In this document: positions 1 to 8,904 of the stretch, in pieces
How positions within the stretch are numbered: the stretch's first letter is position 1
Layout of the letters: each line of letters opens with the position of its first letter
Assembly (NCBI GenBank): GCA_964500795.1
Contig: CAZCQI010000001.1
Coordinates: 1 to 49,981, forward strand
Reading direction: 5' to 3'
DNA: 49,981 nt
Source of the DNA: an uncultured Eubacteriales bacterium
Lineage (GTDB): Bacteria > Bacillota > Clostridia > Oscillospirales > Acutalibacteraceae
Translations under genes and position numbers: made by a program
The notes under the pieces: model-generated
The model's database searches: none
Told to the model about the DNA's origin: nothing
Seen by the model: only the letters and a program-made list of their open reading frames with translations

Positions 1-48
1 GTTTAAGAAAAATGAAAAAGCCACAAATTAAATATTGAATAATACAAT

Positions 49-85
49 AATCCCCTCGAAACTACTGTGCTGTTTCGAGGGGATT
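49..85 (-). terminator. Putative intrinsic terminator downstream of the HtrA-like gene
   Basis: Perfect 14-bp inverted repeat aatcccctcgaaac / gtttcgaggggatt with a 9-nt loop, 24 nt past the stop of ORF 109..1695. The U tail on the minus strand is only moderate. Confidence 0.55.
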
Positions 86-108
86 AGGTTATTCTTTAAA
101 GATTGCTT

Positions 109-1695
109 TTAATATCCGAAGGGGAAGTAGCTGCTGAAGGGATCTGTAACAGGTTCTTCCTGAGTGGTTGATGTTCCCTTATCCTCTACAAGAGTAACGG
201 TTGCTTCAAACTTAGAGCTTATACTGCCGTTATTTGAAAGGCGGCATACGGAAAGGGTGAGAGTATCACCGACCTTGCCGTTTTCAATGGTTTCAAGGAG
301 AACATCTGTTGAATCGAGGTTTTTGCCGTTTACTGCGGTGATGACGTCTCCGACCTGAATACCGCTGTTAGTAAGGCTGTCATTACCGCTTATGGAGGCA
401 ATAACGATTGAGCCGTAGGGAAGATTGTTTTTCCATGCGATAGCGGAGTATGTGTAATCGCTTGATACTGCGTAATAGGTTATGCCAAGCATGGGTCTGT
501 TGGTTACATAGCCATATTCAACAATTTTATTAAATATTTCTATAACAGTATTTGAGGGAACCGAGAAGCCCATACCTTCATAATCTGTATCGGATATTTT
601 TGAAGAGTTAAGACCGATAACCTGACCGTACTCGTTAACAAGGGCACCGCCGGAGTTGCCGGGGTTGATAGCTGCATTGTGCTGAATACAGGGGAGGTCA
701 TAAGAGCTGCTTGTGGAAGCGATGGGTCTGTCAATAGCACTGATTAAACCGTTTGTGAATGAACCGAAAAATTCTGTTCCGCCGGGGTTACCTATGGCAT
801 AAACCTTTTGACCTACGGAAAGCTTATCGGAGTTGCCGAAGGTAGCTGCGGGGAGTCCCGTCTTTTTGACCTTGAGAACGCCTACATCGGTTTTAGTGTC
901 AATGCCTACGATATCGGCATCGAATTCGGTGCCGTCGTCGAGCTGAATCTGAACACTGATACCACTGTCGGAAATGACATGAGCAGCAGTGATAATATAG
1001 GTATATGTTCCCGTGCTGTCCTCACCTGCAATAATTCCCGAGCCTTCGCCGGATTGCTGATTTTGAGAATAAACGATAACACCTACATTTATGTTTTTAA
1101 CAGCCTGATAAATCTGTTCGGAGGTCATGGCTCCTTCGCCTGAGTATTCGGAGAATGTAAGGGGGGAATCCTCAAGGTCAAGGTCAGAGCTACCGTTTGA
1201 TGAAGCTCCTGAATTATTCGTAGATTGCTCATTTTTAGTTGAAGAGCTGTCGGAAGAATTATTGTCCGAAACGGAGATGCCTATGGCAACGGAGGCGATT
1301 ACTATGCATATACAAATAAGTACGGCGAAAAAGGACTTTCCTTTTTTATTCTTTTTCTTGTTTTCGTCGGGGGTTTTGGAATATTGGTTGTTATAGGCGG
1401 GTGCCCCGTAACGGTTATCGGAATTCGGACCGGGATAAGAATTATTATAGCCACCGTTATTATTGTAACTGCCGCCGTAGCTGTTGTTCGGTGTGTAAGA
1501 ATTGGAGTTTTGACTGTTATAAGCACCCGTTGGGTTATTATAAGGAGTGCTATTTTGGGGCTGAGCTGATATGGTGTTGGGTTCCGATTCCGAAACAGGA
1601 GGAGTATTTTCAATAACCGTCTGTTTCTCTTCCGGTACTGTGTAAAAATTGCCGTTACCCTCAGCAGTGCCGTTGGTGTTAAAGTTTTCGTCCAT
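109..1695 (-). CDS. htrA: HtrA/DegP-family trypsin-like serine protease with C-terminal PDZ-like domain, membrane anchored
   Basis: His motif ITAAHV and Ser motif GNSGGALVN. One TM segment (FFAVLICICIVIASVAIGI) and a PDZ-like C-terminal region (GIQVGDVITAVNGK). The first ~110 aa are an N/Y/S/G-rich low-complexity segment. Confidence 0.9.
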   Translation of the reverse strand: MDENFNTNGTAEGNGNFYTVPEEKQTVIENTPPVSESEPNTISAQPQNSTPYNNPTGAYNSQNSNSYTPNNSYGGSYNNNGGYNNSYPGPNSDNRYGAPAYNNQYSKTPDENKKKNKKGKSFFAVLICICIVIASVAIGISVSDNNSSDSSSTKNEQSTNNSGASSNGSSDLDLEDSPLTFSEYSGEGAMTSEQIYQAVKNINVGVIVYSQNQQSGEGSGIIAGEDSTGTYTYIITAAHVISDSGISVQIQLDDGTEFDADIVGIDTKTDVGVLKVKKTGLPAATFGNSDKLSVGQKVYAIGNPGGTEFFGSFTNGLISAIDRPIASTSSSYDLPCIQHNAAINPGNSGGALVNEYGQVIGLNSSKISDTDYEGMGFSVPSNTVIEIFNKIVEYGYVTNRPMLGITYYAVSSDYTYSAIAWKNNLPYGSIVIASISGNDSLTNSGIQVGDVITAVNGKNLDSTDVLLETIENGKVGDTLTLSVCRLSNNGSISSKFEATVTLVEDKGTSTTQEEPVTDPFSSYFPFGY

Positions 1696-1803
1696 AGTGA
1701 TAAGCCTCCGTTTATGGATAGTTTTTCTTTAATTCGATAACAAATATATCAGGATATTATGAATAATTTATTTTCCTTAAGTGAATAAAGAATAAATATT
1801 AGT

Positions 1804-3279
1804 TTATTTAGGTAGTTTTACGGTAAACCGTGTGAAATTATCCGGTTCGCTATCAACGGTTATTGTGCCGCCGTGGAGCTCGATTATGCTTTTTATCAGG
1901 TAGAGACCGAGTCCTGTGCTCTTAACATCTGTGCTTCGGGATTGGTCTACCTTATAGAATCGTTCAAATACCTTCGCAAGGTCTTTTCGGGGGATTCCTT
2001 TGCCGCTGTTGGTTATTGAGAAGTAACAGAATTTCTTATCGGTTGCGGCATTGACAAGTATCTTACCGCCGTCCTGAGTGAATTTAACGGCGTTGTCAAC
2101 AAGATTGTATATAGCCTGATCTATCATGGCACTGTCGCCGTGTATCACTGCCTGAGGTAAATCCTCAAAGCCGCTTACTTCAATGTTCTTTTTTGAAATC
2201 AGCTGTTCAAAGCCGAGGAAGGTGGTAACGAGCTTGGGAGAAAGATCAAACTGTTCAATGGTAAGATCAACATTGCCTGTTTCGATTTTTGAAATGTTGA
2301 GCATCATAGTTACCATTTTGGAAAGTCGGTTTATTTCGGAAGAAACTATTTTAAGATAATACTCCTGCTTTTCTTCGGGAATAGTTCCGTCTAAAATTCC
2401 GTTGATAAAACCGCCTATGGTTGTCATAGGTGTTTTGAATTCATGGGAAACATTTGCAACAAAGCTGCGGCGCGAATTTTCAAGCTGTTCAAGGGAGGTT
2501 GCCATTGAGTTGAATTTTGTTATAAGCTCCGCCAATTCATCACTTGAATTAAGCTCGGGAACTCTGTAAGAAAAATCGCCTGAGGAGTAGCACCTTGTTG
2601 CAGTTTCCAGATTTCTTATAGGTCCTGCAATGTGTTCTGTAAGGAAATACACCGCGATAGTTACAATAACAAGTGAAACAGCAGTTGCAATAAGGAGAAT
2701 TTTAAGTAGCATTACAAGGTGGCTTGTAATATTGACCTCAACAGGCGCACTCACAACGGAAAAACCGAAAAATTCGTTGTTAACGGTTATGGGTGCCATT
2801 GATATGGAGTGATCTTTTTCGTAGAGCGAATTAAGGTCTGAAATTTCTGAGGCTACACCGTCCCGCACTTTTTGAATGTAGGCGGAGGAAATTTTCAGAT
2901 TGCTGTGTTTTTCGCAGACGCTTTCTTTTAACTTGAAGCCTTCGAGCACATCCGCACAGGCAATAACCTCACCGTTCTTGTTGCATATAAAAACATCGTC
3001 ACCGGTACATTCGCCTATTAAATCCACCGATTGTAAGACTATCAGCGCGGCACCCTCGGGATTTCGTTCGGTAGTGGAAGAGTCAAAAAGATCCGTCATG
3101 GTGTCGGATATTTTTTCGGCATACAGGGAAGTATCGCTGAGGCTTTGCTCTTTTAAAAAGCTTGAAACAAAGCCTGTCAGCGCGATGCCGATAATAAGGT
3201 AGCTTATAAGAATAATTGAAGAAAATGTAAAAAAGCACTTAAAAAAGAACGTACCCTTTTTGGAATGTAAGCGTGACAT
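1804..3279 (-). CDS. Sensor histidine kinase (two TM segments, extracytoplasmic domain, HAMP, HisKA, HATPase)
   Basis: H-box SHEFKTPMT, N-box VDNAVKF and G-box GLGLYLIKSIIELHGG. N-terminal TM, second TM (LLKILLIATAVSLVIVTIAVYF), then a HAMP-like linker. Lies directly downstream of the response regulator gene. Confidence 0.9.
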   Translation of the reverse strand: MSRLHSKKGTFFFKCFFTFSSIILISYLIIGIALTGFVSSFLKEQSLSDTSLYAEKISDTMTDLFDSSTTERNPEGAALIVLQSVDLIGECTGDDVFICNKNGEVIACADVLEGFKLKESVCEKHSNLKISSAYIQKVRDGVASEISDLNSLYEKDHSISMAPITVNNEFFGFSVVSAPVEVNITSHLVMLLKILLIATAVSLVIVTIAVYFLTEHIAGPIRNLETATRCYSSGDFSYRVPELNSSDELAELITKFNSMATSLEQLENSRRSFVANVSHEFKTPMTTIGGFINGILDGTIPEEKQEYYLKIVSSEINRLSKMVTMMLNISKIETGNVDLTIEQFDLSPKLVTTFLGFEQLISKKNIEVSGFEDLPQAVIHGDSAMIDQAIYNLVDNAVKFTQDGGKILVNAATDKKFCYFSITNSGKGIPRKDLAKVFERFYKVDQSRSTDVKSTGLGLYLIKSIIELHGGTITVDSEPDNFTRFTVKLPK

Positions 3280-3298
3280 TTTTGTTTACCACCGTAAA

Positions 3299-3991
3299 TT
3301 ACTTTGTTTCAAACTTGTAGCCTACGCCCCAAACGGTTTTAAGCTCCCATTTATCGGAAACACCCTCGAGCTTTTCGCGCAGACGTTTTACGTGAACATC
3401 AACGGTTCTTGAGTCACCGTAGTATTCGAAGCCCCAAACTTCATCGAGAAGCTGGTCACGGGTGTAAACTCTGTTAGGATTGCTTGCAAGGTGGAAAATA
3501 AGCTCAAGCTCTTTTGGGGGAGTGTCCACTGCTTTGCCGTTTACTTTCATTTCATAGTTTGTAAGGTTAACGGTAAGCTTATCGTATGAAACCTCCTTAA
3601 CTGCATTATCCTCGTTGCCTTGAGAAACCGAACGGCGAAGCACCGCTTTAATGCGGGCAATAACTTCTTTTGTTTCAAAAGGCTTTGTAATGTAATCGTC
3701 AGCACCCAGCTCAAGACCTAAAACCTTATCAAAGGTTTCGCCCTTTGCGGTTAGCATAATAATTGGTTTCTGAGAGTTTTTTCTGATTTCGCGGCATATC
3801 TGCCAGCCGTCCATACCGGGAAGCATTATGTCAAGAAGAACAAGGTCGGGATCGGTGTTATTGAAAGCATCAATAGCGTTAAACCCGTTGGTAACTACTT
3901 CTGTTTCAAAGCCGTCCTTTTCAAGATAAAGCCTTAACAGCTCGCAAATATTGATATCGTCATCAACAATAAGTATTTTTGCATTTGCCAT
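3299..3991 (-). CDS. OmpR/PhoB-family response regulator
   Basis: Receiver domain (ILIVDDD, phospho-acceptor context LVLLDIMLPGMDG, LTAKG). Winged-helix C-terminus (RVYTRDQLLDEVWG ... VWGVGYKF). Confidence 0.92.
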   Translation of the reverse strand: MANAKILIVDDDINICELLRLYLEKDGFETEVVTNGFNAIDAFNNTDPDLVLLDIMLPGMDGWQICREIRKNSQKPIIMLTAKGETFDKVLGLELGADDYITKPFETKEVIARIKAVLRRSVSQGNEDNAVKEVSYDKLTVNLTNYEMKVNGKAVDTPPKELELIFHLASNPNRVYTRDQLLDEVWGFEYYGDSRTVDVHVKRLREKLEGVSDKWELKTVWGVGYKFETK

Positions 3992-4104
3992 AGGTGTTTC
4001 CTCCTTACGGATTTCTTTACATACTATATATTATCAAAAACAGTACGGGAATTTATGAACAATTTTTAAAATAAAATTAATATAAAGGTAAATATTACAA
4101 GTCT

Positions 4105-4136
4105 AAAAACGGCAGTAGGAAAAACTGCCGTTTTTT
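4105..4136 (-). terminator. Intrinsic terminator (bidirectional shape) after ORF 4139..5929
   Basis: Stem cggcagt / actgccg with a 7-nt loop, flanked by an A-run and a T-run, immediately past the stop codon. Confidence 0.7.
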
Positions 4137-4138
4137 AA

Positions 4139-5929
4139 TCAGGATTTTTCTTTGTTTTTTCTCTTGCGATTATTTTTATCTTTGACCTTGCCGTGCTTGC
4201 CTTTTTTTAATTTTACTGCAATTACAATGCCGATTGCAAGAGCAATCAGACAAATTACCGAAACAATTACAGCTGTTTTTTTGAGGCTTTCATTGCCTGT
4301 ATTTGAGTCTGCGGTTGAATCTGCAGTGGTAGGTTCGGTAAGGTAACTGTCCGCAAGAACAAGTTGTATATTGCCGTCCTCGTCAACGGTGTAAACATAG
4401 CCCTCGGGAAGAGTTTCGTACACTGTGCCGTTCCGGTCAACTATCTGACCCGCGGAGTTGAGGGAATAAAGCTCATTATTTGTACCCATCACCATATTGC
4501 CGTAGTCTGCGCCGGTGATAACAGAGCCTCCTGCCGGGATAATTGCATCGACACCCGTTGTGATAATTGAACCTAATGTTGAAATGATTCCTGTGAGGTC
4601 GCTGCCGGGTGCGGTTTTTGAACCCTGATATACATTCAGCTTGTAGGTTGAGGTTTTTGTTTTTCCGCTTGCAACATAACGGCATACAATGTTGAGGGTC
4701 TGCTTTTGGGTACCGTTGAGAGGTACATTTGCATATTCACCTGCAGTATATTCCTTGCCGTTGATATAAACGGTTACACCGCTGTTGCTTATGGGGGTGG
4801 GGTTGATGTAGATACTGCTTCTTGCGTATTCCAGATATGTGTTATACTCGTAAATATCTGAATAGAATTCCTGCTCTAAATCAAAGCGGTCGGTTTTTTT
4901 AAGCACAAGATCAAAGCATTGCTCGTATGAATATTTTGTTGAGGATAATGTGAGCTTTGCATCCTCGTATGCCATACGCTGTAAGATATAAAAGGCTACG
5001 GTGCCTTTATTTAAAGCTTTCTCAACGCTTGAGGGGTCAAGAGTGACACTGTACTGAGAGCCCAGCATAGCCGTAAGATATTTAAGACGGATTTCCTCGG
5101 TGGTAGCAGTTTCCGAATCAACCGCTATACCGTAGGTCCTGATTGTCATTATGGCAACTCTTCTGTAAACCTCATTTTCAGAGATAGTTGTCAGCTCTTT
5201 TGCGGAAACATAACCTTGAGAATAAAGAGAGAACAGTGATGTGTAGTAAATATAATCGTCAAGGCTCGGTATTGAGGATATGCCGAAATATTTTGAAACA
5301 AATTCGTATAACGTGGAATTTTGTCCCGAAAGAGCCGCTGTATACATAACAAGGGCTTCTTCAAGAGGTGTTCCCTCGGGAATTGTGAAATGCTGCCCCG
5401 TGTATACATAATACAAATCGTTTCTCATCAAAGCGTAAAGAGCACTTATCATAAAGGCTTTATCGGGATCGGCTTCATCCTCCGCCGTGACAATAATTCC
5501 GTGAGCTCTGAGCCAATCAGCCATTGTGGCATAGTCAGTGTCAGGCTCGGAGATAACAGTAAGCGCACCTAACTGCTGAAAAAAATAAAGATAAGCGGCT
5601 TTCTGGGAATCATCGTCAAGAGTATATAATTCAATGTTTTCGGCAACTGTTTTTTTAAATGTGGGCGCATCCGTGGTGTAGGGATAATCACACACAGGGT
5701 AAAGAAGAAGCTCGGTTACAAAACTCTCGGCTGCCAGCATATCTTCTTTAACAACAAGCTTGCGAAGCCAGGAGGGGTCGTTTTCATCGTAAAGATACTG
5801 AGTGTTAACACCAAGGTTATCGGTGTTTACCGTGCTTGCGAAGGTTTTTGCGAAAACAGACGGGCTGAATGAAGTTATCAACAGTGAAACTGTAATTATC
5901 AAGCACAAAAATTTAGCTGTTTTTTTCAA
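4139..5929 (-). CDS. Exported, C-terminally membrane-anchored protein of unknown function
   Basis: Signal peptide MKKTAKFLCLIITVSLLITSFSPSVFA. C-terminal TM (AVIVSVICLIALAIGIVIAV) followed by a Lys/Arg-rich tail. I recognised no catalytic motif. Confidence 0.65.
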   Translation of the reverse strand: MKKTAKFLCLIITVSLLITSFSPSVFAKTFASTVNTDNLGVNTQYLYDENDPSWLRKLVVKEDMLAAESFVTELLLYPVCDYPYTTDAPTFKKTVAENIELYTLDDDSQKAAYLYFFQQLGALTVISEPDTDYATMADWLRAHGIIVTAEDEADPDKAFMISALYALMRNDLYYVYTGQHFTIPEGTPLEEALVMYTAALSGQNSTLYEFVSKYFGISSIPSLDDYIYYTSLFSLYSQGYVSAKELTTISENEVYRRVAIMTIRTYGIAVDSETATTEEIRLKYLTAMLGSQYSVTLDPSSVEKALNKGTVAFYILQRMAYEDAKLTLSSTKYSYEQCFDLVLKKTDRFDLEQEFYSDIYEYNTYLEYARSSIYINPTPISNSGVTVYINGKEYTAGEYANVPLNGTQKQTLNIVCRYVASGKTKTSTYKLNVYQGSKTAPGSDLTGIISTLGSIITTGVDAIIPAGGSVITGADYGNMVMGTNNELYSLNSAGQIVDRNGTVYETLPEGYVYTVDEDGNIQLVLADSYLTEPTTADSTADSNTGNESLKKTAVIVSVICLIALAIGIVIAVKLKKGKHGKVKDKNNRKRKNKEKS

Positions 5930-5968
5930 AAACTCGTCTCCTTTCTTTGAAATAGGGTGGTGTAAAAA

Positions 5969-7018
5969 TCATTTTTTAACAGTGAAAGCGAAAATTGTGT
6001 TTGAAACATATTCTTCCCCTGCATCATAGGTGCAGGAGGGCCATTCGGGATGGTTAGGTGTGTCGGGATAAAACTGTGTTTCAAAGCAGAAGGCAGAACG
6101 GTTTGTTATAGGCACACCGTTTTTACCTTGGACGGAGCCGTCAAGGAAGTTACCCGTGTAAAGCTGAATGCCGGGAAGGTCGGTTTTAACCTCCATAGCA
6201 ATTCCGCTCTTATCGCCTGTTGCCGTTGCGGCGGTTTTTAACGTGCCGTCGAAATCGGTTATGCAGAAATTGTGGTCATAGCCGTTGCCGTTTTTGAGCT
6301 GTATATGGTCTGCCGCTATATCTCTGCCGATAGCTTTTTCGGTTGTGAAATCAAATGGTGTTCCGCTGACGGGGGCGAGTTCACCTGTGGGAATACTTAT
6401 TTCATCAATGGGTGTGTAACGGTCAGCATTTATTTTAACCGTATGTTTAAGAATATCGCCGCTGTCAAAACCGTTAAGGTTAAAATAGGCGTGGTTTGTA
6501 AGGTTGATAATTGTTTTCTTATCGGAAATCGCTCTGTATTCCAAAGCTAATTCATCGCTGTCGGTGAGGGTGTATGTAACGGCAACCTGAACATTTCCCG
6601 GGAAGCCCTCTGTGCCGTCAAGACTTTTGTAGGTGAATTTTACGGAATTGTCGGCAATTATTTCACTGCTCCATAAAGCAGAAGAATATTCGCCGCCTCC
6701 GTGAAGGCAGGTGATGCCTTTTTCGTTGCAGGTGACATTGTATTCTGCGCCGTCTATTGAGAATTTGCCGTCCTTAATGCGGTTTGCGTACTGACCTACC
6801 ACAACGCCCTGATAATCTCCGCGATAGATGTGACCGTCAAGGTTATCGTGACCTACCAAAATATCGATAAGCTCACCGTTTTTATCTTTGATAAAAAGCT
6901 TATCAAGGGTTGCACCTTTTTCAATAAGCTGAACCTTAGTACCGTTTTTGTTTTCAATATTTAAAGCGTAAACGTCTTTTCCGTTCATGATGCCGTAATG
7001 GGTTTTTGTTACAGACAT
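5969..7018 (-). CDS. galM: Aldose 1-epimerase (galactose mutarotase)
   Basis: Family-typical motifs GGxxG-like LHGGGEYS, LTNHAYFNL, GYDHNF and FCFETQ. About 350 aa. Confidence 0.88.
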   Translation of the reverse strand: MSVTKTHYGIMNGKDVYALNIENKNGTKVQLIEKGATLDKLFIKDKNGELIDILVGHDNLDGHIYRGDYQGVVVGQYANRIKDGKFSIDGAEYNVTCNEKGITCLHGGGEYSSALWSSEIIADNSVKFTYKSLDGTEGFPGNVQVAVTYTLTDSDELALEYRAISDKKTIINLTNHAYFNLNGFDSGDILKHTVKINADRYTPIDEISIPTGELAPVSGTPFDFTTEKAIGRDIAADHIQLKNGNGYDHNFCITDFDGTLKTAATATGDKSGIAMEVKTDLPGIQLYTGNFLDGSVQGKNGVPITNRSAFCFETQFYPDTPNHPEWPSCTYDAGEEYVSNTIFAFTVKK

Positions 7019-7170
7019 AATTCTGCCTCCGATTTTTTGCTGATTCTTTCACTATATAAATATACCCATAAAAAGGCACAAAGTCAAGAAAATAAAGGTG
7101 CGAAAAGGGCTTTTTGGAAGGAATTAACACAAATTTATCAAATCCGTAACACTTCGTTCTATAATGCACA

Positions 7171-7199
7171 TTGATTATTTGTTTTGTTTATGGTAATAT
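7171..7199 (+). promoter_or_regulatory. Sigma-A-type promoter for the FHA-SEDS/PBP operon
   Basis: TTGATT-N17-TAATAT with a TGg extended -10, about 40 nt upstream of the ATG at 7240. AAGGAG RBS at 7222-7227. Confidence 0.55.
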
Positions 7200-7239
7200 A
7201 GTATAAGAGAGATTATAGCATAAGGAGTGATATTCCGTA

Positions 7240-8904
7240 ATGGCTTTTATAGAGGCTGTAGCACCGTATCTGAGATATGTAATGACAGGTATATTGCTGT
7301 ATGTGTCGGTGCGCCTTTTGATTGCACTTTTCTCAGGCAAGGTGACGGATCCCGTGCGCGGAAAGCTTATTGACTCAATAACGGGTAATGCTGTTTTACT
7401 TTATGACAGGGAGGTTTCTCTCGGCAGAAATAAAAAGTGTGATGTGGTTTTGCCTTTCGATACCATTTCCCGTCTTCATGCAGTTATTGCTTACCGAAAC
7501 AAGGGCTTTGCAATTTATGATACTTTTTCAAAATCCGGTGTTACGGTGAACGGCGAAAAAATCAACGGGAAAAGATGCCTTTCCAACGGCGATGTTATCG
7601 ACATCGGCGGTCTTGAATATACCCTTAAGGAGGAGAAGTATAAGTACATAAAGGATAGGAGCGGTGCTTTGGGCAGACCCTCGTACGGTGTGATACTTAT
7701 TCTTCTTGCTCTTTTCAACATTTTCTCAATGCTCATAAACCTGTATCCCAACGGTGAAATGAGCACTCAGGTGCTTATTTGTTACCTCGGCTTTATTGCC
7801 TTGCAGTGGATATATTTTATATTTGCTTCCTATGTAATGAGGATAAATAATTTTGAGCTTGAAATGCTTGCTTTTATGTTTTCTTCCGTGGGACTTGCCA
7901 TTGTGGGCAGTATGTACCCGGAAGCAGTTTTAAAGCAGTTTGCCGCAATATTGCTGGGCGTTGTAATGTTTTGTGCCATGGTTATGTTTTTGCGGTTCGT
8001 GGATGCGGCAAAAACCGTAAGGTGGATTCTTGCGGCGGGTTCAATAGGCATTTTGGGTATTACCGTTATTCTTGCCGAGCCCACGCACGGTGCACTGAAT
8101 TGGCTTTCTTTAGGGGGAGTATCGATTCAGCCCTCAGAGCTTGTTAAGGTGGCATTCATATTTGCAGGTGCGGCTACTCTCGAAAAGCTTCAGTCCATGC
8201 GCCATTTAACAAGATATATAATATTTGCCGCGGTTTGCGTCGGTGAGCTTTTCCTTATGCGGGATTTAGGCACGGCACTTATATTCTTTTTCACTTTCAT
8301 TGTTATTGCTTTTATGCGCTCGGGTGATGCCAGAACTCTTCTTCTTGTGTGTATTGTTGCCGCATTGGGTGCGGGGCTGGTGCTTGCTTTCAGACCCTAT
8401 GTTGCAAGCAGATTTTCAACATATCTTCATGTTTGGGAGTATATGGACGAGGGCGGCTATCAGCAGACACGAACTTTGATTTATACCGCATCAGGAGGAC
8501 TTTTCGGCTTAGGCTTAGGTAACGGTGAGCTTCGTAATATTTTTGCGGCGGCTGAGGATCTTGTTTTCGGCGTTGTATGTGAAGAATTCGGTATTATTAT
8601 GGGCTTTGCAATTCCCCTCGTTTATGCGGCGATTGCCGTTTGGGCAGTGGTAAAAGCAGGTAAGTCCAAATCAACCTTTTATGCTATTGCGGGTGTCGCG
8701 GCGGCGGCTATGATGCTCTTCCAGAGTATGCTCAGTATTTTCGGTATAACGGATATACTTCCCCTTACGGGAGTTACGCTTCCTTTTGTAAGTAAGGGCG
8801 GCTCAAGTATAATAAGCTGTTTCTGCCTTCTGGCATTTATAAAAACCATTGATACCAGAACTTACGCGAGCTTTAAACCTGTAAAAGGAGGCGGTGAGAA
8901 ATGA
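7240..8904 (+). CDS. FHA-domain / SEDS (FtsW-RodA-SpoVE family) fusion protein
   Basis: N-terminal TM, then an FHA-like segment (SLGRNKKCDVVLPFDTISRLHAVIAYRNKGFAIYDTFSKSGVTVNGEKI). A polytopic SEDS body follows (SIQPSELVKVAFI, GDARTLLL, SGGLFGLGLGNG, LPFVSKGGSS). Confidence 0.85.
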   Translation: MAFIEAVAPYLRYVMTGILLYVSVRLLIALFSGKVTDPVRGKLIDSITGNAVLLYDREVSLGRNKKCDVVLPFDTISRLHAVIAYRNKGFAIYDTFSKSGVTVNGEKINGKRCLSNGDVIDIGGLEYTLKEEKYKYIKDRSGALGRPSYGVILILLALFNIFSMLINLYPNGEMSTQVLICYLGFIALQWIYFIFASYVMRINNFELEMLAFMFSSVGLAIVGSMYPEAVLKQFAAILLGVVMFCAMVMFLRFVDAAKTVRWILAAGSIGILGITVILAEPTHGALNWLSLGGVSIQPSELVKVAFIFAGAATLEKLQSMRHLTRYIIFAAVCVGELFLMRDLGTALIFFFTFIVIAFMRSGDARTLLLVCIVAALGAGLVLAFRPYVASRFSTYLHVWEYMDEGGYQQTRTLIYTASGGLFGLGLGNGELRNIFAAAEDLVFGVVCEEFGIIMGFAIPLVYAAIAVWAVVKAGKSKSTFYAIAGVAAAAMMLFQSMLSIFGITDILPLTGVTLPFVSKGGSSIISCFCLLAFIKTIDTRTYASFKPVKGGGEK

